64,000 nucleotides of DNA from a virus (taxonomy: Duplodnaviria; Caudoviricetes). Location: positions 37,857 through 101,856 of the IMG/VR virus record IMGVR_UViG_3300048572_000043, one strand, 5' to 3'. Numbering within the stretch: position 1 is the stretch's first letter; each line of letters opens with the position of its first letter. The translations under genes and the position numbers were made by a program. Positions 42,223 to 52,124 of this stretch are shown here, in pieces. The notes under the pieces were generated by a model. That model was given only the letters and a program-made list of their open reading frames with translations. It was not told where the DNA came from and searched no databases.

Positions 42223-42741
42223 ATGAGCAAAACATCTAAATCTAAAAAAATCAAAATGCCAAAGATGGATGACATCATGGCACAAATTAAAGCAGACCAA
42301 CTAAAGAAAGCAGATAGAGTAAAGTATCATGCTAATCTGTTATTCGATACCCTAGCACAAACAAAAGTCTCTTCTATTGAAGTGTCTTTTGAAGGTTGCG
42401 GAGACTCTGGGCAAATCGAATCAGTAGATTATACAGACTCCAAAGGCAAAGGTATAGATGAAGCATATCTTAATAAGACTATTGTTAAGGGTTCAGAGAA
42501 AACATCCTATCACCAATGGGACGAAAAGAAAAAAATGCTGGTCAAGACAGAACCAAGAGAAGGAAATGTCAGAGAGATCGTTGAAGAGATATGCTATGAT
42601 AAGTTAGGTGCAAGCCACGGCGGTTGGGAAATCAACGAAGGTAGTTACGGAACATTTCACTTTGATGTTGCTGGTCGCAAGGTGACTCTCGAATACAATG
42701 AGAGGATAGAGGAAGTTCGGACTAGTGAGGAGAGTTTCTAA
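42223..42741 (+). CDS. DUF6878-like protein
   Basis: FEGCGDSGQIE and GGWEINEGSYGTF motifs; paired with a DUF6915-like gene. Confidence 0.7.
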   Translation: MSKTSKSKKIKMPKMDDIMAQIKADQLKKADRVKYHANLLFDTLAQTKVSSIEVSFEGCGDSGQIESVDYTDSKGKGIDEAYLNKTIVKGSEKTSYHQWDEKKKMLVKTEPREGNVREIVEEICYDKLGASHGGWEINEGSYGTFHFDVAGRKVTLEYNERIEEVRTSEESF

Positions 42742-43091
42742 TGGCTAATCCATATCACCATTCATTATCGTCAGCAAAGAAATGGGGTGGTTCAGCAGAA
42801 GATTACCAGAAGATTCACGATTGGTTTGATGAGAGTAAGATGATGATGGCAGACTTTCGCCATCGTGCCTTACGACATCACGCCGAAGGTATCTTTATGT
42901 GTGAGAGAATATTCGGTAATACCATCACACTATCTAATGGTAAAAAGATTCCTACTCGTTGGGTTGGTGAACAGCACATAGCAGAGGACTTGGGATTCAT
43001 TCCATCTATGCAAGATTGGCTTAAACACATTATGCCAGAACCTTGGATGGGTAAAACAAAAAAACTTGATGTCGAATTAAATCCAGTATAA
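42741..43091 (+). CDS. DUF6915-like protein
   Basis: MANPYHHSLSSAKKWGG...HDWFDESK...RHRALRHHAEG...GEQH..EDLG.IPS..DWL. Confidence 0.75.
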   Translation: MANPYHHSLSSAKKWGGSAEDYQKIHDWFDESKMMMADFRHRALRHHAEGIFMCERIFGNTITLSNGKKIPTRWVGEQHIAEDLGFIPSMQDWLKHIMPEPWMGKTKKLDVELNPV

Positions 43092-43661
43092 TATAAAAAT
43101 ATGAACATAGAACAATACTTACCTTGGCTTCCTTATTTTGGCATATGCACTTCAGCTCTGGCTATTTTGTTTTTTCAATTAAAAGAATCAATAGAATATA
43201 GCTCATTTAAAAGAATAGCCAAACAAGCAGGAATAAGTGAGTCTGGTTATATTATATCTAGAAAAAAAGAACAATCTGAAGAAGAGAAAGAATACTTGTC
43301 TAGAATTAATCTTATCTTTTTAAAGAATGGACTTGGAGTATCTTTTTGTTTTAATATTACTTTGTTATGCGTAATTTGGGCAATATACAATAATTTGGTG
43401 AGGTGATGATGGTCATCGGTGGTTGCTTCCGTTAAAGCAAATCGTTTGCAAGTACCGAAAAACTTGCGCTGTTTTAAAAATTTTGTTCTACAATCTGTTG
43501 TATTTGATGTATAATAGAGCGTATGAGTAAAAAACAAATGGAGAAAAACTTATCTTATGGTGATTGTTTCAATTTCATTGGGGGTTTGTTTAGCAATTTG
43601 GTGGGAGATGTCGAAGTAAAAGAAGTTGACAAAGAAGAGAATTCAAACTAATATAGTAATA

Positions 43662-43845
43662 GTAGAAGGCACACTCTTATTGCTAGAGAGTGCAAAGGAA
43701 GAGAGCGAGGCGCCCTATATCTCTTTCGTTCCTTCTACGAAACTTTCGCACCTAGATCAAGGATTGGATGTAGTAGATATTGCGAAATAATTCTACTACC
43801 ATATATCCCTTGAGCGTTTGTTGGTATCGCAGAAACCAACTTTCT
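43662..43845 (+). ncRNA. Multi-stem structured ncRNA candidate
   Basis: ORF-free; GTAGAAGG/CCTTCTAC junction, TCAAGG..GTAGTAGA/TCTACTAC..CCTTGA long stem, GTTGGT/ACCAAC hairpin followed by a T-rich tract. Confidence 0.6.
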
Positions 43846-45613
43846 TTTCTTTACTTATTTTTAATTTAGGTTATATTTATTAGATGACCACATATAAATA
43901 CATAGCAGACTATATAAATAAACCTACTATATTTTGTTATATTGTAGATTGTGTAGTAAATAACAATCCTTATTTGTTTACTGGCGAGTATAATAAAAAG
44001 TTACTAAATAAGAAAGTATGGATGGCTAAACAAGTGTTTCCTCATTGTGAACCAACGCAATATACTTATTTCAAGACATTCAAAGAAGCAAAAGACACAT
44101 TAAATAGATGGGGCGCGAAGTGGGAAAGGGTTTAATACTATGACATATAAAGAACTACTAAACAATCTAAATAATATGAATGAGTCTCAATTAAATAGTG
44201 ACTTAACTATACTAGAAGGTAATAATGAGTTCTATCAAGCTAAATTACTATTTGCTAATAGAGAAACCAATGATATTTTAGATAGCGAACATCCATTTAT
44301 TTGCAGAGTATAGTTGACAAAATAATAATTTAGATTATATTCTATTTATGACTAAAACATTCAAAATAGGCGAGACAGCACTTGGTGGAACTATCAAGGT
44401 AGTTATTCCTAAAACATTAACTACTATTAAGATAGATGTTATTTCTACTAACCATATTACCAGAGGTTCGTGTGATGCACCATACTTAATTAATCAGTAT
44501 ATCTATTATAGCTTTGATAGGATTCGAATCGAAAGAGATTTGTTTCAAATAGTAAGTGGTTACTGGTCAGATCAAATACTAGCATGGATTAATAAAAGCT
44601 GGCAAAGTCAATTAGCTAAAATATAATTTGACAATAATTCAATTTATCTTATATTGAATATATGAAATACACCATCATACTACAACAAGAAAGAATCTAT
44701 CAAGCAGAAGTTGAAGTCGAAGCAGACTCTCCAGAGGACGCAGAGGATATTGGATTGGAGAAAGTTAATGACGATGACTTTGAGGAAATTGATTGGACAT
44801 GTTCAGAAGCTATCAAAGTTATCCAACATAAATAATAATTGACAATAAATATAAAAGGAGTATATTAAAACTATGAACAACACCGAAAAACCCCTAAAGA
44901 AATTCACGATTCGTATGCAACGCAACCAAATCGCAGAAGTGGACATTGAGGTGGAGGCCACATCAGATGAGGAAGCGGTTGATAAGGCAACAGAGATGGC
45001 TGAGAATTGTACAGACGCAAATGGCTTTGCCCTTGAGTGGGATGAGGTTGATTATAACTTTGAAGCTATTGATGTCGAGGAAGAAGAGGAGGACGAAGAT
45101 GAAGTCTAGTGAGGAAATTGTAAAAGAAATCAATGATAGGATTGCAGAATATAAAGTTCTAGCGATGGATCACGATAATAACCAAGATGCTGTGGATGAA
45201 CTAGAAAGTGCAGTTCACGAACTAGCTCATCTATTGGAATGGATTAATGAGTAATGCACCTTTAATTTTTGCTATTATATTAAGTGTTGTTTTTGCTATT
45301 TATATATACTTTAGCTATAATGAATAAGATAATTAATTATATTATATGGATAGCTTTTGGCCTTGTTATATTTGGCTTATTAAGGTTATTTCTATGAACT
45401 TTGCACTAGATATACTAACAAATAAACCTGTAATATGCTTTGATGAATTGCTATATATTAAAAGCCAAATAGCAAATAGTGTAATAAGTAATAATGAAGA
45501 TACTAAAGAGTCTAGTTAATATAGTTTTATTTTTCTTATTATTTCCTCTGATATTATTAAGTGATATGATAAATGATGATTGACATAATTTTAATTTACT
45601 ATATTATGGGTAG

Positions 45614-46066
45614 ATGAAGTTAATCAATAGCACCTCTTATTGTTCTGAAAAGTTAAAAGAAATTATTAAATGGTGTATGCCAGATGGCGTGTTCCTTAAA
45701 GACATTAGAAAAATAGATTTTGGTAATACTAAATTAAATTGGCATGGCAGGGCTTGGGGAAGCATGAGGGTACATATTGGAGTGCCACGATATGGCAAGT
45801 ATCTTAGACCTTATAATACTGGTGGCAGAAGAGGCTATTTGAATGTAGAAACATATAGCTGGGAAGAAGGTTTAATTGAATTAATTGCTCATGAATTAAG
45901 ACACTTATATCAATATAAAAAGAATAAGTTCTTTCATGGTATTAAAAAGATAAGAAAATATAACATGGGTACTAGAGCTAAATTATGTGAAGTTGATGCT
46001 AGTTTATATGCAAAGAGGAAAGTAAGAGAGTATAGAAAGAGTAATTTTAAATTAAATTTAGTTTGA
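45614..46066 (+). CDS. Putative zincin-like metallopeptidase
   Basis: LIAHELRHLYQ (HExxH) with downstream EVDA. Confidence 0.6.
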   Translation: MKLINSTSYCSEKLKEIIKWCMPDGVFLKDIRKIDFGNTKLNWHGRAWGSMRVHIGVPRYGKYLRPYNTGGRRGYLNVETYSWEEGLIELIAHELRHLYQYKKNKFFHGIKKIRKYNMGTRAKLCEVDASLYAKRKVREYRKSNFKLNLV

Positions 46067-46067
46067 C

Positions 46068-46142
46068 TTAAGTAGTTGATTATTATATATTTATAGGGGC
46101 GGGGGCCCTGCGCGCGTAACTCGTTGATGGATAAGCACTTAC
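46068..46142. repeat. 75-bp double-palindrome element, copy 1
   Basis: 27-bp palindrome, 21-bp GC-rich spacer (GGGCCCTGC), 27-bp palindrome. Confidence 0.85.
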
Positions 46143-46248
46143 AACTATATCAAAAAACTTTAACAGGATTGGCAAGTAGCTGATTATTAGAATCTTATGA
46201 CACGAAAAAAGTTCTTGTCAGAGTTTAAAAGTGTGGTATGATTAACAT

Positions 46249-47106
46249 ATGGCTAGAACAACAAAACCCGCTCAAAGTGTATACGATTTCGATGTACACC
46301 AAGAGCCACTCCTCACAACAGACGGCAAGAGGACAGGATACTTCGGGATGGTACGCCGTGATACCCCCGAACCCATGACACTCGGAGTTTGCACCGAGCA
46401 GTATGGTGTGGTGAAAAATGCAGACCTCGTGACGATGGTCGAAGAGTCGCTATCGCAGAACAGTATGCTCGCTAATCACACTTCTAAGAAGTTCGTGGTT
46501 CGTGATGGATCCCGTTTCTACGCTAGCTACGACTTCACTGACTTCAAGACTGAGTTGAAGCCAGTTGGCAAGCGTGCGAAGGGAGACATTCTTGGTTTGC
46601 GATTGACTGTGAACAACAGTTATGATCGCTCCAGTCGTGTCTCGTTAACCCTCGGTTTCCTCCGTTTGGTTTGCACCAACGGCATGAAATCGTTGACCAA
46701 GGAATTCAGCATGACGAAGCGTCACACGCTCGCCGTGAATCTGGATTTCATTGGTGATGCATTGGCGAATGCAGTCTCCAGCGTTGACAACTCTGTGGCA
46801 ATCTTCAACAGGTTGGCGCAGAAGGCAATCAGCAATGAGCAGGGTTTAAACTTGCTCACCAAGCTGGAAGAGAAGGATGTGATCTCTGCCAAGGTGCGTG
46901 AAGGCATCGAAGCAGTGTGGCGCAACCCTTCTTACGAGGAAGATACTGATCGGAACCTGTACAATTTGTACAATGCTTCGACTCAGTTCCTGACTCGCAA
47001 CGTTGCAGATGAACGCTATGAGTATAGCGAGCGCATCAGTACTGACCTGCTCAAGGTCTTCTCAGGAAAAACTCGTGACGAAGAGCTCCTGAAGCTGGTC
47101 GCCTAA
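46249..47106 (+). CDS. DUF932/DUF945-family protein
   Basis: Y..V.N, NSYDRS, RLVCTNGM, H, NLYNLYNA.T motifs; noticeably higher GC than the rest of the window. Confidence 0.85.
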   Translation: MARTTKPAQSVYDFDVHQEPLLTTDGKRTGYFGMVRRDTPEPMTLGVCTEQYGVVKNADLVTMVEESLSQNSMLANHTSKKFVVRDGSRFYASYDFTDFKTELKPVGKRAKGDILGLRLTVNNSYDRSSRVSLTLGFLRLVCTNGMKSLTKEFSMTKRHTLAVNLDFIGDALANAVSSVDNSVAIFNRLAQKAISNEQGLNLLTKLEEKDVISAKVREGIEAVWRNPSYEEDTDRNLYNLYNASTQFLTRNVADERYEYSERISTDLLKVFSGKTRDEELLKLVA

Positions 47107-47125
47107 ACTAAAACGAAACTTTAAC

Positions 47126-47158
47126 AGAGGCGGAGGGCAGAACCCTCCGCTTCTTTTT
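47126..47158 (+). terminator. Rho-independent terminator
   Basis: AGAGGCGGAGGG/CCCTCCGCTTCT hairpin followed by a T-run. Confidence 0.85.
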
Positions 47159-47176
47159 GCTCAAATTGTATCATGC

Positions 47177-47251
47177 ATAAGTCGTTGAGTATCAAGCACT
47201 TACAGCGCGCGGGACCCTGCGTTTGTAACTCGTTATCTATTAAAGGTTTAC
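47177..47251. repeat. 75-bp double-palindrome element, copy 2
   Basis: ATAAGTCGTTGA-GTA-TCAAGCACTTAC, 21-bp spacer, GTAACTCGTTAT-CTA-TTAAAGGTTTAC. Confidence 0.9.
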
Positions 47252-47290
47252 AACCCTTGACATTTATATTATTTATGTTATAGTTATGAG

Positions 47291-47632
47291 ATGAAAGCAA
47301 AGCATAAAGTATATTATAATTTACATAAGAAGTGTTTATCTATTATGCTTCGTGGAAAAGTATTAGAGCATAGCACAGAATTCTTTTTGCGTGATGTTGA
47401 GTTTAGAGTTAGTCAAGCAGGGCGTTCCAGGGTTCTAAAGGAACAAAGAAAGAATGTTCATGCTTTTGTGTGTGGCACTCCAGATGATGGTTGGCCTATT
47501 GATCAAAATGAAAGAAAGGTAACCTATAATCCTTATAAGTTTAATAGTTTTGTTTATGCTGATACCCTTGAGCCAGTATATAAAGCTAAATGGGTTGGTG
47601 TTATTAATCGTGATATATTTGTCTTGAATTAA
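47291..47632 (+). CDS. Conserved phage hypothetical protein
   Basis: VYYNLHK, FRVSQAGR.RVL.E.RKNVHAFV.G and YNPYK motifs. Confidence 0.7.
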   Translation: MKAKHKVYYNLHKKCLSIMLRGKVLEHSTEFFLRDVEFRVSQAGRSRVLKEQRKNVHAFVCGTPDDGWPIDQNERKVTYNPYKFNSFVYADTLEPVYKAKWVGVINRDIFVLN

Positions 47633-47799
47633 AGTAAAAGTATAGTAGAATTATCTAATGGAAATTACCAAAGCCAAGAAACTAAAGGAGGGTGGTTATG
47701 CACTATACGCAACTGACCCTAAAACTAAAACTGAAACCCAAGTCGGATATATTGGAGAAGGTCTGACTTTGGAAGCGTGGCTTCCTAAAGGAGTAAAAA

Positions 47800-48186
47800 T
47801 TGAAAATTCTTGAAGAAACATTTACTAGCAGAGGATTTAAATTCACGATGGTTGGTCGTGATGGAGATGTTGCAATCTATAAAAAGAAACTCGATGAAGT
47901 AGACAGCGAAGCATATAACTATGAAGTGATTGCTATTAAGCGTCACAATGGATATGAGATTGCAGGTGTAAAGATGCCTCCAGCAGAAATGTATCCTAGC
48001 GATAGTCAATGGGGTGATTGGGCTTATACTTGTATTGATCGTGAAGATGCAGACAAGCGATTCGTTCAACTAAAAGAGAAACTATCAGCTTATGTTGCGA
48101 CATCAACTTTAGCTAATGGTGAAAAGCGTGGTCGTGGTCGGCCTCGTAAAATTGATTTGACAAAAACTGAACTTGTGGTATCATAA
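47800..48186 (+). CDS. Hypothetical protein with C-terminal AT-hook
   Basis: E.YPS..QWG motif; KRGRGRPRK AT-hook. Confidence 0.6.
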   Translation: MKILEETFTSRGFKFTMVGRDGDVAIYKKKLDEVDSEAYNYEVIAIKRHNGYEIAGVKMPPAEMYPSDSQWGDWAYTCIDREDADKRFVQLKEKLSAYVATSTLANGEKRGRGRPRKIDLTKTELVVS

Positions 48187-48614
48187 CACAATGACATATA
48201 AATGTGCAGTAAGCGGTGAAGCAATTTCACCAGAGAGAGTTGAGGCTCTGCAAGTCCTCGGCGTTCCAGAGAGTCAATGGACAAAGAAAGAACATAGTCA
48301 AACAAGAAAACTACGAGCTGTATATGCTGGTGATGATGGCAGTAATGACATCGTTATTTGTGATGCAGTAGATGGTGGCTCGATGTTTGATAATGCAGTA
48401 GCATTGGAGGTAGAAAATGAATCTTAAGTATATCGTTTTGAGAGATGGAATTCGTGTGAGTGAAGATATGCACTCGAAGATTGAAGATGCTGAACACGAA
48501 GCGGAGTTTTGGCGTAAAGTCATTCGCTCGTGGCCTGATGGAACGAAAGTTACCATCAAGAAAATCGGCGGATAACTTCGGAGGCCGACATTGAGCTACG
48601 GCTTGATGTTAGTT

Positions 48615-48705
48615 GCTAGGGTCGTCTAACTGGTTAAGACCCCACACTTATAATGTGGTCGCTCTAGATTTGGGCAAAATGTAGGTTCGAATCCTACCCC
48701 TAGTA
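48615..48705 (+). tRNA. tRNA with Ile(UAU) anticodon and a long (22-nt) variable region
   Basis: GCTAGGG/CCCTAGT acceptor, A discriminator, CCACA-CTTATAA-TGTGG anticodon arm, GCTC/GGGC variable stem, GTAGG-TTCGAAT-CCTAC. Confidence 0.85.
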
Positions 48706-48978
48706 TGATTATTATATGTAAGTCGTTGAGAATCATCTAATTATTTTTATTGACATTTTTTCAAAGTATTGTATATTTAACCTATGACAAACAAACAATC
48801 AGTTCCATTCTATGTGGTGAATGTGTTCGGTAAAGATCGAGCCATCATCCTAAACACCTCAATCCGTATGTGTACGCCAAAAGAAACTTGCTCTATCAGA
48901 GACTTGGAGAATATCGCCAAGGCTTTTGCAGTAGAGTTCTTTCAAGTACCAAAACCTTCTAGCTTTCCTGCCAAAGTG

Positions 48979-49050
48979 GGGCAAGTAGTTTAAAGGTGAA
49001 ACAGAGCACTCATAATGCTCCTAGTGCTGGTTCGAGTCCAGCCTTGCCCA
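48979..49050 (+). tRNA. tRNA with CAU anticodon (elongator Met or Ile2)
   Basis: GGGCAAG/CTTGCCC acceptor, GAGCA-CTCATAA-TGCTC anticodon arm, GCTGG-TTCGAGT-CCAGC; lacks initiator features. Confidence 0.88.
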
Positions 49051-49178
49051 CTTCTCCTTGTGCGGATTGGATGCTGAATTCTTATAGTAAGCATACTGAA
49101 ACAACTCAAGAAGATATAGAATGGTATTTTAACAACAAAAGCATTGACAACAAACAACAATAGGATAAACTACAAACT

Positions 49179-49565
49179 ATGAAACTAATCAAACAAAACC
49201 TCGGAGCACATTGGGTCATTGGAATCAAAGGCGAACCACAAAAAATCAGACAATATCACAACCGCATATATAATTGGGGTGGCACAAGTGGTAATCTAAA
49301 ATGGATGAGTAGTAACTTTGCTTATTTTTGGATTACTATGGAAAAGTTAGAGAGAGCTATGTTCAAGTATGTTATGAGTGGCGTAAGCGATAAACTTGGA
49401 AAAAAGTTTCGTGGTGCTAAAGGTGGATTAAAAGAAGTTGTTATGAATCGAGTAAAGAATACAATTAACAACATTCCAGTTGAGCATTTTCACAAAACAG
49501 CAGAGTCTCAAGACTTCTATTCTCTTGGCGTAATTTCTGCTGAAAAGTTAGATACTGACAGCTAA
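49179..49565 (+). CDS. Hypothetical protein, paralog of 56205-56660
   Basis: Shared IYNW.GT.G.L, KGGL and YSLG.ISAEK motifs. Confidence 0.7.
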   Translation: MKLIKQNLGAHWVIGIKGEPQKIRQYHNRIYNWGGTSGNLKWMSSNFAYFWITMEKLERAMFKYVMSGVSDKLGKKFRGAKGGLKEVVMNRVKNTINNIPVEHFHKTAESQDFYSLGVISAEKLDTDS

Positions 49566-49571
49566 AAAATC

Positions 49572-49644
49572 CGCCTAGTAGCCCAATGGCAGAGGCAAAC
49601 GACTTAAAATCGTTCAAGTGTCAGTTCGAGTCTGACCTAGGCGA
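49572..49644 (+). tRNA. tRNA-Leu(UAA) with a short variable loop
   Basis: CGCCTAG/CTAGGCG acceptor, AACGA-CTTAAAA-TCGTT anticodon arm, 5-nt variable loop, GTCAG-TTCGAGT-CTGAC. Confidence 0.88.
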
Positions 49645-49653
49645 AAACTTGTC

Positions 49654-49727
49654 GCTTCTATAACTCAACTGGACAGAGTAACAGATTTCTAATCTGTAAG
49701 TTGCAGGTTCGATTCCTGCTAGAAGCG
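49654..49727 (+). tRNA. tRNA-Arg(UCU)
   Basis: GCTTCTA/TAGAAGC acceptor, ACAGA-TTTCTAA-TCTGT anticodon arm, GCAGG-TTCGATT-CCTGC. Confidence 0.92.
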
Positions 49728-50130
49728 AAATATTTTCTCTAAATAAAAAATAATATGTAAAGTCTCTATGTGAGAAATGTTTTTGAGAAATTTGGTTTAG
49801 AGTTTTTCGTTTTGAGTTTAATGTTAATAATCTCTTGGGGTGGAATCGAAAAGATACTGAAAATTATAATTACACATCTAAAATAAGATTTGCCAAATAT
49901 CTAATAGGATATAATAAATAGTTGAAATATTTCTTAAATACTTGTAATATATATTGATATGAAAAGCGAAAACAGATTAAGCAAAATACTTGAGAAAAGA
50001 ATCTTAAGAGATGAAGATCCTAAGACCATAGCTCAAATAGATAAGTTCTTAAATAATTTAGAAGTTGTTTTCGTGAAGTGGGCTAAAGCTCATCCCAATT
50101 GGAAAGAATCAGAAGAATAATTAAACTGTT

Positions 50131-50208
50131 ATAAGTTACTGATACTCAAAGAGTTACAAAAGACGGATCCCTGCGCACGTAAGTCGTTGACCATCAACGA
50201 GATTTAAC
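50131..50208. repeat. 75-bp double-palindrome element, copy 3
   Basis: 21-bp spacer with GGATCCCTGC; right arm TCAACGAGATTTAAC faces the next promoter. Confidence 0.9.
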
Positions 50209-50565
50209 TAAAGATTTTTCTTGTGAAAAAACAAAGGTATGGTATATTTAACCTATGAACAAAATCAAAAACGCAGTTATATACTTAACCTCATATCTGA
50301 AACACTTCGTCCTTTTCCTTTTTGGGCAAAGGTATTTAATCGAATACAAACCTTACGGCAAGGATGATGTTTATACTTACATCATCAGCAAGCCTTCTTC
50401 TCATACCATCAGCAAGGCAGGGAATAAGCTATTCACTAGCTTCTGCTTTTCTGGTCGTATGGATTCTGGCGTGAAGCAATTCCGCTATGATAGAATTACT
50501 GGCGGTCTCTCACCAGTATAACAACAGAGAGAAAAGGGGCGTTTCTTTTTCTCCCCTCATATAGA

Positions 50566-50596
50566 AAGGGCGAGGAGTAAAATCCTCGCCTTTTTT
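50566..50596 (+). terminator. Rho-independent terminator
   Basis: AAGGGCGAGGA/TCCTCGCCTTT hairpin followed by a T-run. Confidence 0.85.
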
Positions 50597-50629
50597 ATTG
50601 CACATAAACAAAAGTATGTTAAGATAGTT

Positions 50630-50847
50630 TTAGTTCTTCGATATCAGAGAAGGTTGACCGCAAGGTTGCAGTTCTGGAAAGTTTCTAATGGAAACATTAG
50701 TTATATATAACGGAATGCCAATACTTCTCGAGCGAGCCTGACTAACTCCATAAGAGGATGAACCTGCCAACGCCCAGAGTCTGAGGCAAATTAAAAGAGC
50801 AGGGTATTTCCTTTACGAATCTAGAGCGTAAAGGGTCGAAGAACTAA
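50630..50847 (+). ncRNA. About 218-nt structured ncRNA candidate
   Basis: 12-bp terminal stem TTAGTTCTTCGA/TCGAAGAACTAA, internal GNRA hairpins, promoter TTGCAC-N16-TAAGAT upstream. Confidence 0.7.
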
Positions 50848-51023
50848 TTTTTATTACGCCATTTTTCTCTGTGATTGAAAACCCAACTTAACAGAGCTTT
50901 TTCAAAACCAATATCTTTGCCAGCTTTTTCGCTTTCGAGCCATTTGTGTTTTAAGATTTCATCTCGTTCTTCAATAAACTTTTTATACAACGCAGAAGTT
51001 TCAAGTAAACCAGATACCTTCAT
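50844..51023 (-). CDS. Short DUF4032-like protein (59 aa, not in ORF track)
   Basis: Manual translation ...SALYKKFIEERDEILKHKWLESEKAGKDIGFEKALLSW...HREKWR; GTGTA 9 nt upstream. Confidence 0.7.
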   Translation of the reverse strand: MKVSGLLETSALYKKFIEERDEILKHKWLESEKAGKDIGFEKALLSWVFNHREKWRNKN

Positions 51024-51061
51024 AACTTATATTACACTATATTGCTTTTAAATCAAGATTT

Positions 51062-51140
51062 TTATCTCTCTTATAGTCAAGGACTTACAACGCGAGGGTC
51101 CCTACAGTTCTAAGTCGTTGATATTCAATGAAATTTAAAT
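51062..51140. repeat. 75-bp double-palindrome element, copy 4
   Basis: TCAAGGACTTAC, 21-bp spacer (GGGTCCC), CTAAGTCGTTGA-TAT-TCAATGAAATTTAAAT. Confidence 0.85.
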
Positions 51141-51175
51141 GTAGACAAAAAACAAAATTCTGATATATTTAAGCT

Positions 51176-52012
51176 ATGAAAGTAAACGAAATTATCACCG
51201 AAAAGTTCATCGAAGCCCTCAACAAAGGAGTCATCCCTTGGCAGAAACCTTGGAAAGTTTTTGACCTATGCAACGGAGTTTCCAAAAAAGGTTATAGAGG
51301 CATCAATCAATTTTTACTTCGCATGGTCGCCTCTGATGATTTCTTTTTTACTTTTAATCAGATTAAAGAACTTGGCGGAAGAATCAAAAAAGGTGCAAAG
51401 TCCCATATGGTAGTTTATTACAAACTATTAAAGAAGAAAGATGATGAGTCAGGTGGCTTTCCTCTTATGAGATTCTATAAAGTTTTTGGTTTGAGTGATA
51501 TTGAGGGCATGAAGTGGAAACAGCCCGAAGTAAAGAAGTTGGATTTCTCACCAGTAGAAGAAGCAGAAAAGTTAATCAACAAGTGCGTGATTCAGATTAA
51601 GTATGGTGGCAGTCGTGCCTGTTACTATCCAGAAGATCACAAGATTGATTTGCCCCCAAAAGAAAATTTCAACAGCGTTGAGGAGTATTACTCGACAGCG
51701 TTCCATGAGATTGGCCACGCTATGCATAAAAGCACAGGTGATAATGTTAAGAATGGTTTTGGTTCTCAGAATTATAGCAAAGAGGAATTGACCGCAGAGA
51801 TTTTTGCGAGTCTTTGTCTTAACTTCTGTGGGATTGATTCTCAAAAATGTTTTAACAATTCTGCCAGCTATCTTTCCAGTTGGTTAGAAGTATTAAAAAA
51901 AGATACAAACTTTATCATCTCAGCTTCTAGTAAAGCACAAAAAAGATTTGACGCTTTCGTTGAGAGAAAAGAAAGCGAAGAGATTCAAGAAGAAGAAGTT
52001 GTAACTGCTTAA
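51176..52012 (+). CDS. ardC: ArdC-like antirestriction protein (ssDNA-binding domain plus zincin-like domain)
   Basis: PWQKPW, YRGIN, TFNQ...GG.IKKG.K, A.Y.P..H.I.LP...F, HEIGH, YSKEELTAE, SASYL.SW. Confidence 0.88.
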   Translation: MKVNEIITEKFIEALNKGVIPWQKPWKVFDLCNGVSKKGYRGINQFLLRMVASDDFFFTFNQIKELGGRIKKGAKSHMVVYYKLLKKKDDESGGFPLMRFYKVFGLSDIEGMKWKQPEVKKLDFSPVEEAEKLINKCVIQIKYGGSRACYYPEDHKIDLPPKENFNSVEEYYSTAFHEIGHAMHKSTGDNVKNGFGSQNYSKEELTAEIFASLCLNFCGIDSQKCFNNSASYLSSWLEVLKKDTNFIISASSKAQKRFDAFVERKESEEIQEEEVVTA

Positions 52013-52078
52013 GTATTAACTACTTACGCAAGCGGGGTCCCTGCCCTCGTAAGTCATTGATAGTCAATGAGATTTAAC
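52001..52078. repeat. 75-bp double-palindrome element, copy 5 (overlaps the ardC stop)
   Basis: GTAACTGCTTAA-GTA-TTAACTACTTAC, 21-bp spacer (GGGTCCCTGC), GTAAGTCATTGA-TAG-TCAATGAGATTTAAC. Confidence 0.9.
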
Positions 52079-52124
52079 TGTAAAAAAAACTTGTCACAAG
52101 AAAAAAAAGTGTTAATCTAATTCT

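Noticed and set aside
43422-43468. Two short hairpins (TTGCT/AGCAA and GCAAGT/ACTTGC) as an ncRNA or tRNA remnant
   Set aside because: Stems are short, there is no cloverleaf or T-loop, and chance pairing cannot be excluded
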